Assembly (NCBI GenBank): GCA_963800555.1
Contig: CAWDBH010000006.1
Coordinates: 5,851-69,850, forward strand
Source of the DNA: an uncultured Candidatus Micrarchaeota archaeon
GTDB lineage: Archaea > Micrarchaeota > Micrarchaeia > Anstonellales > Bilamarchaeaceae
Length of the DNA stretch: 64,000 nt
Reading direction: 5' to 3'
Shown here: in pieces, positions 49,960-58,300 of the stretch
How positions within the stretch are numbered: the first letter of the stretch is position 1
Layout: the number at the start of each line of letters is the position of its first letter
Position numbers and translations under genes: made by a program
Notes under the pieces: model-generated
Databases searched by the model: none
Told to the model about the DNA's origin: nothing
Seen by the model: the letters and a program-made list of their open reading frames with translations, nothing else

Positions 49960-49986
49960 ATTGCTTCCCGTAGAGGAGTACTTCTA

Positions 49987-50090
49987 AACATTTAAGTTTC
50001 TTCCCTGCAATATATTGTAAGAAAACGCATGATGTTGTGCGTCTGCAACGTGAATCGAACTCGGGGATGGAACCTCGGTCATGGCCCTTT
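49987..50090 (+). repeat. att-like repeat copy 1 ending in the tRNA-His 3' end
   Basis: TCCCTGYAATAT..TTG...TGATGT..TGCRACGTGAATCGAAC...CCTCGGTCATGGCCCTTT. Confidence 0.8.
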
Positions 50091-50185
50091 ATTTTTTATG
50101 CAATATTGTCATTAAAAGTAAAGAAATATATACTTTTGATGCATAATAGCACTATTTATAAATCCTTTTCATCACTATATAATGT

Positions 50186-51415
50186 ATGAAAACTAAATGG
50201 GACTGCCTGTTCACATTATTCGAGCTGAAAGAAGCACGCCTCGCGGACATCTCCGAAAAACTCAAAACAAATCCGTCTTCAGTCAGGCAACGCCTGGTCG
50301 GATTTCTGAAGGGCGGGATCATACTTCAGGAAAAATCCACATATTCGCCCAACAGGAACAATCCCGACACGCTCTACATCTTCAACATAATGAAATTCTG
50401 CAAAAATCGCGGCATAAACTACAACCTTTTCCTTAACAGGGAATTCGCTGATGTCTTGAAGGTGGGTTTGAGCAAAGACGAAGCATCCCTCTCTGATTTC
50501 AAGGCATTGAATTATAGGACGGCCAGAAAATACTTGACCTACCTCTCAAGGATAAACATGCTCTTCGTGGTTTCCAAAAAACCGCTTAGGGTGAAATTGA
50601 TCTCCGATCCTATTTTCGATGACGTCCTGGCCCTCTTCAAGATCAAAAAAGAGGCTGCGCAACCGGTCCAAACAGCGATATCTGGAGATAATTACAAGGA
50701 GATCGAAAAACTGCTGGCCAATCTGAATGAGCTGAAAAAGAACATCAATTTCGCGGATATCGATGAAGAGCAGAAGATCGAATTCACTTCAGCATCCACC
50801 CAGCTGGAAGGTAATACGTTCACTCTTGAAGAATCGAAGGAGCTGCTCCTGCACGATATAGTTCCCCACGACAAGAAACTGAAAGAGGCCAACGAGGTCA
50901 AGAATTACTATGCGGCAGTCAACCATATGCTGAACCGGTTGGACCAGCCGATGTCAATAGATTTCATAATCGATTTGCACAGGATCGTGATTTTCAATCT
51001 CGGCGTGAAAGAAGGCGTCAGGAACGTCGCTGTTTCCATAAAAGGGAACCCGTTCTACAAAGTCTCACAGTTCCAGGAGATATTCCCGAAGCTGGATGCA
51101 TTGTGCAAAAAAATCAATGATTTCAACGCGAAGAAGAGGAAAACCAAAGAGGTCGTCGAGTTCGCGACATTCGTCCATAACGAATTCCAGCACATCCATC
51201 CTTTCGAAGACGGGAACAGCCGCGTCACCAGGTTGCTATGGAACTACGTCCTTATGCAGAACGGATTGCCCCTCATCAATATCTATTCGAATACGCGGCA
51301 AGAATACCTGTCGCTTACCAAATTGGCCAGGGAAAGGGATGACGCGAAGCTGAACTCGTTCTTCGTGAGGATCATCAAGGATAACCTGTACAAACTGGCT
51401 AGAGCGCCTCAATGA
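50186..51415 (+). CDS. Fic family protein with N-terminal wHTH
   Basis: LADISEKL.TNPSSV HTH; STQLEGN; HPFEDGNSRVTR. Confidence 0.9.
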   Translation: MKTKWDCLFTLFELKEARLADISEKLKTNPSSVRQRLVGFLKGGIILQEKSTYSPNRNNPDTLYIFNIMKFCKNRGINYNLFLNREFADVLKVGLSKDEASLSDFKALNYRTARKYLTYLSRINMLFVVSKKPLRVKLISDPIFDDVLALFKIKKEAAQPVQTAISGDNYKEIEKLLANLNELKKNINFADIDEEQKIEFTSASTQLEGNTFTLEESKELLLHDIVPHDKKLKEANEVKNYYAAVNHMLNRLDQPMSIDFIIDLHRIVIFNLGVKEGVRNVAVSIKGNPFYKVSQFQEIFPKLDALCKKINDFNAKKRKTKEVVEFATFVHNEFQHIHPFEDGNSRVTRLLWNYVLMQNGLPLINIYSNTRQEYLSLTKLARERDDAKLNSFFVRIIKDNLYKLARAPQ

Positions 51416-51470
51416 AAGTATGACCGCGTTTTGGCTGAGGGTCTGTGGTTATTGACTTTTCAAAAAAATT

Positions 51471-51607
51471 AACATTAAAAATTCTCCCTGTAATATCTTG
51501 CCTGTAGATGCTTGATGTCGCATGGTTGCGACGTGAATCGAACCGTGGGAACGGACCTCGTTAAAGGAATCGTTTGTCTTTCTTTAGGCCTCGGTCATGG
51601 CCCTTTT
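51471..51607 (+). repeat. att-like repeat copy 2 ending in the tRNA-His 3' end
   Basis: Colinear with 49987-50090 plus a 28-bp insert flanked by CCTCG. Confidence 0.8.
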
Positions 51608-51635
51608 TATCAAATATCTTGGTCGTTGCGCAAAT

Positions 51636-52211
51636 TCAAACCATTATCGAGCCACGGAACCCCCTGGCGGAATAGTAAGAATCCGCGCCATTGTGATACA
51701 CGAAAACAATGCCGTAGCGGCGATCGCAAAAGATGGCCCCCCCGAGCTTCCTGATATCGGAAGGCGTTTTCACCCAGCTCGACGTCTTCGTATCGAAATT
51801 CCCGAGTTTCTGCAACTCTCGATACTGTTCTTCCGATAATATCTCGATGCCCATGGCAGCTGCCATATCGATCGCGTTATTTTTCGGTTTATTCTCTTTT
51901 CTCGACTCTAACGCTTCACGGTCGTAGCAAAAGCTTCTGCGGTCAATGGGGCTTTCCGCTGAGCAATCGTAAAAAGCGTATCCGCCCGTCTTCTTATCCT
52001 GGCCGACAACATCCGGTTCGCCGCCGGTTCTTTCCATCTCGTTGAGCGACCATAATTTTTCAGCATTAGCATCCAGCCTTGCTTGCACTTTGACCCATTC
52101 AAGGCCTTTATGGCGGCCCATGTTTTTCTCAAAGCGGGCTTTCAATACTTTGAGAATCTCTTCACGCTGTTCTGGTGTCAATCCCTTTTTTGCTCTGTCT
52201 TTTTGCGGCAT
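51636..52211 (-). CDS. DUF4256 family protein
   Basis: LKARFEKNMGRH, SLNEMERTGGEPDVV, FDTKTSSW, YHNGADSYYSARGFRG. Confidence 0.85.
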   Translation of the reverse strand: MPQKDRAKKGLTPEQREEILKVLKARFEKNMGRHKGLEWVKVQARLDANAEKLWSLNEMERTGGEPDVVGQDKKTGGYAFYDCSAESPIDRRSFCYDREALESRKENKPKNNAIDMAAAMGIEILSEEQYRELQKLGNFDTKTSSWVKTPSDIRKLGGAIFCDRRYGIVFVYHNGADSYYSARGFRGSIMV

Positions 52212-52253
52212 GATCTCCCCTAACATCTAACCACGCTTGCAGATTTTATAAAA

Positions 52254-53165
52254 TTATCTGCGTAGAATAGCAATCTTATCCTGCTTTTGATCCCGGCGTT
52301 TCTTCACGTAGTCTTCGTACTGCCGGACATAGGTGCTGAACAGATATTCGACGAATGATTTCGGTCTCTTCGTCGCATCGACTTTCCTAAGGACCAGATA
52401 ATACAGCAGTTTCTCGTCATTGAAGATATTGAGTAAGGGATACCCTCTCTTCAACAGGACCAAATTCATCAGGAGCCTCGACATCCTGCCATTCCCATCC
52501 CTGAAAGGATGTATCCTCACGAATTTTAGGTGGGCGAGCACGCCAAGCTCAAACGGATGGATGGTGCCTTCCGATTCCTTGAACCAGGCAAAAAATCTTT
52601 TCATGAGGGTTGGCACTTCGTTGTGAGGAGGGCATATGTAGCTGCCGACCCTGACGTCGACGTCACGGTAGCGCCCAGCCCCATCCAACACGCCGTCCAT
52701 TTGGATCTTATGCAGCTTCAGCACCAAGCTTTCATCGATCGATCCAGAATAGCCGAAAAGAAAATCGATGCATCTCTTCATGTTCTTGATTTCACGGATG
52801 TCCTTCTCCTTCGCCTTTATCTTCCCGCCACGAAGAACTGTGTCGGTATCTTCGTATGTGATAGGATTGCCTTCGATCGCATTGGTGTTGAAAATAAAGC
52901 TCACGAAACGCTCACGTTCCTCTTTCCATAGCCTGGAATCCAGATGATGCTTTTTAGAATAGTTTTTTCTGATCGATTCTATCGTTCTGATGTCTTTATC
53001 GCTCAGGATCTGTTTCGGTTTTTCTCTTCTCGGTTTTTCGAACCCGGAGGGCGTTGCGACACCGAGGTATTTTCTATTCTTTTTCCATTTTCCATCCACG
53101 TATTTATTCTCAGTAAGATAATAGTAAGGTCTGCCTTTGATGATTTTCTTTTCTATATAGCTCAT
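52254..53165 (-). CDS. Fic family protein, same architecture as 48041-48991
   Basis: KGRPYYYL...KWKK..KYLG N-terminus; TNAIEGN; HPFRDGNGRMSR. Confidence 0.93.
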   Translation of the reverse strand: MSYIEKKIIKGRPYYYLTENKYVDGKWKKNRKYLGVATPSGFEKPRREKPKQILSDKDIRTIESIRKNYSKKHHLDSRLWKEERERFVSFIFNTNAIEGNPITYEDTDTVLRGGKIKAKEKDIREIKNMKRCIDFLFGYSGSIDESLVLKLHKIQMDGVLDGAGRYRDVDVRVGSYICPPHNEVPTLMKRFFAWFKESEGTIHPFELGVLAHLKFVRIHPFRDGNGRMSRLLMNLVLLKRGYPLLNIFNDEKLLYYLVLRKVDATKRPKSFVEYLFSTYVRQYEDYVKKRRDQKQDKIAILRR

Positions 53166-53294
53166 AATGACAATTAGGGGGCAGGTATTTTTAAACATTT
53201 AGGGGGCAAAGCAAATTTTACATAGATGTAGTCACATTGAATTGGTTCATTCAACTGCCTAGCCCTTTTTTATCCTACACGCTGATTGATTACC

Positions 53295-53918
53295 ATGCGC
53301 GCTTCACCAATAGCTTACGCCCTCGCGTTCATGGCGATCATCATCATAGCCTCATACGTCATGAAGCCGGATATAATCCCCGCGATAGCCAATTCCATCC
53401 CGCTATATGTATTAGCAGCGCAGATATGCCTGACCCTCCTCATCATAGCGATTCTTCTGAAACCCAAGTTCCTGGATGCCGCGCTCTCATCCGTATCAAT
53501 AGATAGTCGATCACTCGCCTTCCTGATATCCATGACCGCAATGTGCGGGAGCCTCTTCTACCAGTTCGGCATGCAATACACTCCATGCGAGTTATGCTGG
53601 TTCCAGCGCATCTTCATGTATCCGCTTCCGTTCATCATCGGAGTTTCGCTCATCAGGAAGCGGGATGATGTATTCGAATTCGCGATCCCCCTCTGCGTGG
53701 TCGGGGCGCTGATAGCCTCATACCATTATCTCATCCAAGTATTCTCTGTCTCATCTTTCGCGTGCTCCCCAGACGGGTCGTGCAGCCTGGTCCAATCCAT
53801 GGCTTTCGGTTACATCACGATCCCCCTGATGTCCTTGACCGCATTCATAAGCATCGCAGCATTGCTCTACCTGGATGCCCTGAGTGAAAAGCGAGCCCTG
53901 AAAGATTCACGGCCATGA
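53295..53918 (+). CDS. dsbB: Disulfide bond formation protein DsbB/BdbC
   Basis: PCELCWFQRIFMYP, second Cys pair CSPDGSC, FGYITIP. Confidence 0.9.
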   Translation: MRASPIAYALAFMAIIIIASYVMKPDIIPAIANSIPLYVLAAQICLTLLIIAILLKPKFLDAALSSVSIDSRSLAFLISMTAMCGSLFYQFGMQYTPCELCWFQRIFMYPLPFIIGVSLIRKRDDVFEFAIPLCVVGALIASYHYLIQVFSVSSFACSPDGSCSLVQSMAFGYITIPLMSLTAFISIAALLYLDALSEKRALKDSRP

Positions 53919-53978
53919 ATTCCATCGAAAAACCATAAATACATAAATCTGTGCTGCCTAATCATAATCCGTGGGGAT

Positions 53979-55313
53979 ATGAGGACTACTGCGAAGTCGC
54001 GCGATCTCGCCGATAGGATGGAAAAGCAGAGGGCAGCAGACCGGTCCGCTCAGAGGCGCTTGATGCGGGGACGGCAGTTCATGCTCGCGGGCGTGAACGC
54101 GGACCACATCTATGGCGTGGATGAAGGCGGCAGACGCGTGGACCTCAAGGTCAACACCTACGGTTGGAACGTGCTGCTCGAATTCAGGAGGGAGCGCGCC
54201 TCCATCGACGAGGGATTCATGGAAGGGAGCCATATACCCAGCGCTACCGTTGCGTCCACGACAGACATATACCATGCGGTCAGGGCAATGAAGCATATCC
54301 GGGAGGAGTACCCCCGCGAGCTCGAGCGCAACGAAGCGCTTTGCAAGAACATAGACGAACTGCATGCCATGCTATACATAAAAGGGGACAAGTTCGATGA
54401 CAAGCGGCTCGGAGAGATACGCGGCATGCTGGCCGCATATGACGCCGAAGCGGCCGGGAGCGGCTCCGTGCAAAAGCAGCTGGCCAGCCGTAAGATGGAT
54501 GACGTCCTGGCGAGGATCGATGAGGCAATGGGGCGCACCGGGTTCAAGAAAAGGACCAACATAACCGCCGCGTGCGCGCTGCTCACATCATTCAAGACCA
54601 GGTACCTCCGGCGCGAGGGCCAGGTGGCGGGGATAAACCTATACGATCAGGTGAGGGAGGATGGGCTCCGGGCCATAAGGGACCGGAGGCTCAAGGGAGT
54701 CCTGTCGAACCTCGCGAGGAAGCTAGAGGGGGAAGAAGGGCTGGGCGTCGCATGCACCCTCATCTCGGATCGCGTGATGATCAGCGCCATGAGGGTGGCG
54801 AAGGAGAAGGTCTCCAGGGGGAAGCATGACGAAGCCCTGAGGATAATCCGCGTCTGCATCGATGCCCTGAAAGGGGACTGGTTCAAGCGGCAGCTGCAGC
54901 CGGCCCATGATTTCGTGAGATCCCGCAAGGATGCCGGAGGGTCCGGCTGGAGGGAGGAAGCGAGAGGAATGCTCGAGTCGTTCGCCAGGCTCCTCGGCCA
55001 GCGGAACACCAGGTACATACTCGACGAACTGAAGAAAACCAATGACGCCTACCTGCAGGGGGAAGGCAAGACGATCGCCTGGATGGAATATGGCAATGCG
55101 AAGATACGCGAGGCTCTTGTCGGGGAGCCGCTCCGGAATGCGCTCGCATGGGTGGATGAACTGAAAAGCGAGGCAGCAGGCACGGAGCTGGAATCATTGC
55201 ACAGGAAACTCATTCTGAGGAACGGGCAACCCAAAGACATGGCGACGATAAGGGAGCTCCTGAAGGAAGCTGGGCGCGCCTACGAGCATGCCGCCATCGC
55301 ATTGGTCAGTTGA
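53979..55313 (+). CDS. Hypothetical basic helical protein
   Basis: 444-aa ORF, no motif recognised. Confidence 0.7.
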   Translation: MRTTAKSRDLADRMEKQRAADRSAQRRLMRGRQFMLAGVNADHIYGVDEGGRRVDLKVNTYGWNVLLEFRRERASIDEGFMEGSHIPSATVASTTDIYHAVRAMKHIREEYPRELERNEALCKNIDELHAMLYIKGDKFDDKRLGEIRGMLAAYDAEAAGSGSVQKQLASRKMDDVLARIDEAMGRTGFKKRTNITAACALLTSFKTRYLRREGQVAGINLYDQVREDGLRAIRDRRLKGVLSNLARKLEGEEGLGVACTLISDRVMISAMRVAKEKVSRGKHDEALRIIRVCIDALKGDWFKRQLQPAHDFVRSRKDAGGSGWREEARGMLESFARLLGQRNTRYILDELKKTNDAYLQGEGKTIAWMEYGNAKIREALVGEPLRNALAWVDELKSEAAGTELESLHRKLILRNGQPKDMATIRELLKEAGRAYEHAAIALVS

Positions 55314-55395
55314 AATCCGGAGCTCCGGCTGGGTTATATCGCGCATCCTGCGTATTTTAAAATCTTCAAGCAGTCCACAATTAAGGTGTTTGAAG

Positions 55396-58300
55396 ATGCG
55401 TTTTGCAATATTGGTCTTGTTCGCTGCATTGGTCGTTGGGGTCTCATATGCCATACCTCTCCCTACGGAGATAACCTCCTGCGGGACATACAACACGGCA
55501 TATACCAGCTATTACCTTGGCGCATCGATCAACGGATCGGGCAATTGCATCTACCTGGAAGCCAATCGCATCACTCTGGATTGCCGGGGCAACAACATCA
55601 CCGGTGATGGGTCGGGCACGGGCATCATTGTAGATACCGGCAACAATGTCACCGTGGAGAACTGCAACGTGCAGGATTTCAACGACGGTATAGATTTCTC
55701 CAACACAGCGAACGATACGCTCCTCAATTCGAATATATCAGCCACCGCGGGTAATGGGATCTATCTGGAATCGTCATCCCAATCCGTGAATATCTTCGGC
55801 ACCTCCGCTTCATCCCAAGACTCCGACGGCATCTATGCCTACTATTCGGATAACGATTCTTTCACAAATATCAATGCGTCATCGAGCAATTCCGCAGCAT
55901 TCCAGATCGATGATTCCTACAACGAGACCGTGACTGGTCTCAATGCATCTTCAGGCAATGATATCGGCCTGGTCCTCGATTATTCCTTCAACAACACAAT
56001 AACGAATGTCCAGGCATCCACGCCTGAGGGCGAATACGGCGTATATGTCTTTTATTCCGATAACAACACCTTCACCGATGTCAATGCATCATCCAACTAC
56101 TATGGTATATACATGGATAACAGCGCCGGAAACACTTTCACAGGTGTCAACGTATCAGCCCTGTACTGCGGCATATATCCGTATTATTCCGATAACAACA
56201 CATTCATCGATGTCAATGCATCATCCATTTCCACCAGCTTCTATGGCATGTATCTCCGGTATTCCGATAACAACATAATCTCAGGGAGCTGGCTCAGCAG
56301 CCTTAACGATTACGGCCTGTATGTGGATAACAGCGCGGATGACACAATCGCCAACTCCACGATAATCTCAACAACAAACGTCCCGCTTGAGCTATACTAC
56401 TCCAGCAACAATGCTATCACGAACAACACGTTGGTCTCGGTCAACGGGAATTCGGTATTGGCGTATATCTATTATAATTCGGAATACAACACGTTCAGCC
56501 TGAACAATTTCACCGCGACGAAGAGCTATTACATTGATAACAACTGGAACGAACCAAACTATTTCGATGCCACCATAGACGGCGTGAGCCAAGGGAACAT
56601 CTACTCCAACGTCATGGACGGTTCGGATGCCGTGTCCGGGTCGGTGAGCTCATCCATCCCGGGCATGTACGTCGGCACCGACGGCGCAGTGCCATACCAG
56701 GAGCAGTCATCCGAATACCATATGTATCAGGCCACGGACTATGCGCCCCTGACGCCATTGGACGACAACGCCAGCGTCTGCCATGTCCTAGGCACCCCGA
56801 ACAGCGTGTACACCCTAACCGAAGACGTGCGGGGCCTCTCGGGCAGCACGAATTTGGCCTGCTTCGACGTGGAAGCCGACAACGTCACGATCGATTGCAT
56901 GGGTCATTCCATACACGGGCCCTCGAACCTGCAATATTATTATAACGTGTACGGGAGCGGCGTCTACTCGGAATACTTCAACACCACCGTCCAGAACTGC
57001 AACATCACGAATTACCAGAACGGCGTGTATTTCGATGATAACGAGAACGGGACGATAACCCAGGACAATTTCTCGGGCGACATCGATGGATTCTACCTCT
57101 ATTATTCAGATTACGATTCGATATCCAACAACCGCATGGACAGCAACCAGAACGGGTTCGCGGTCTGGTACTCGAATTACAACCAGATCTATCTCAACAG
57201 CGTGACGAACACGCTGACCTCCAATTACTATGACGAGTCCTCCTGCCCCCTCCTTTATGCATGGAACGGCAGCTCCTACGGATTCGTAGGTGATATAAAT
57301 GGCCCCGGCATCCTTTCCGAACCGATGGGGAACGGGCAGTACAGGAAGCCGACCCCCGCTGACTACATAAAGATAAACCAGATGCAGCAGAACGGGAGCG
57401 AATACGACCTGCAGGTCACGGAAGAATACAACGAGATATCCTATCTCGACCAGATGGACCTGCTCACAGTGGACCATGCCCCTGGCATAAGCACCTATCC
57501 CACGCTGGTCCGCGCTAACCAGAGCTTCTTCTACACGGTGAACGACAGCGGCATACAATCCCCCGTTTCCTGCGAATCGGATGGCCAGGACTGCCTCGCT
57601 GCCATAGAATCACCTGACGGCTATTACGTGGACGGAGGCGCCAACGATACGACGAGCATCATCGTGGACCTCGGCAATTTCTCGGATTCGGGCCCCGTGA
57701 AGCTGCTGCTGAGCGGCTACAGCGTCTGGGGCGCGGTCGCTCCGGTGCAGAAATCGATCCAGGTGCTCGGCACGGACGGGAAATGGGTCAACGCGTACTC
57801 CGGCAGCCAGCTCAGCAGGCCGACCGGTTTCCCGCGCACATACGTCATCGACCTGACCGGGAAATTCCAGACCAGCAACCACACGGTGAACATCACATTC
57901 GATGCGGCGAGCTTCGATTATGTCGCCGTGGACACCAGCCAGCAGCAGCCGCTGACGGTAACGAGCCACAACGTCTCTTCCGCGGATCTCGAATACCGCG
58001 GCTACTCGGTGGCCGCGAACGGCCCGGTCCCTTACCCCGATTACTACTCGCTCACGAACTCGACCTCTTTCCCGGACGCTTCGGGAAACTTCACGAGATA
58101 CGGGGACGTGACATCTTTGCTCGGCAGCGCAGATGACGAATACGTCATCATCAACCACGGGGACCAGATGTCGGTGTCATTCCCGTATTCCCAGGTCCCT
58201 GGAGGCGACGTGAGGGAATTCTACCTCTACAGCTACGGTTATTACAAACCAAGGCAAGACCTGTACGGCGATAGCGTCGCTCCATTGCCATTCACGGGCA

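Noticed and set aside
50040-50090. Additional or split tRNA genes at the repeats
   Set aside because: No D or anticodon arm, no canonical T loop in the sense orientation, and the intact tRNA-His is present
47900-53270. Provirus or IS element
   Set aside because: No integrase, transposase, replication or virion genes were recognised
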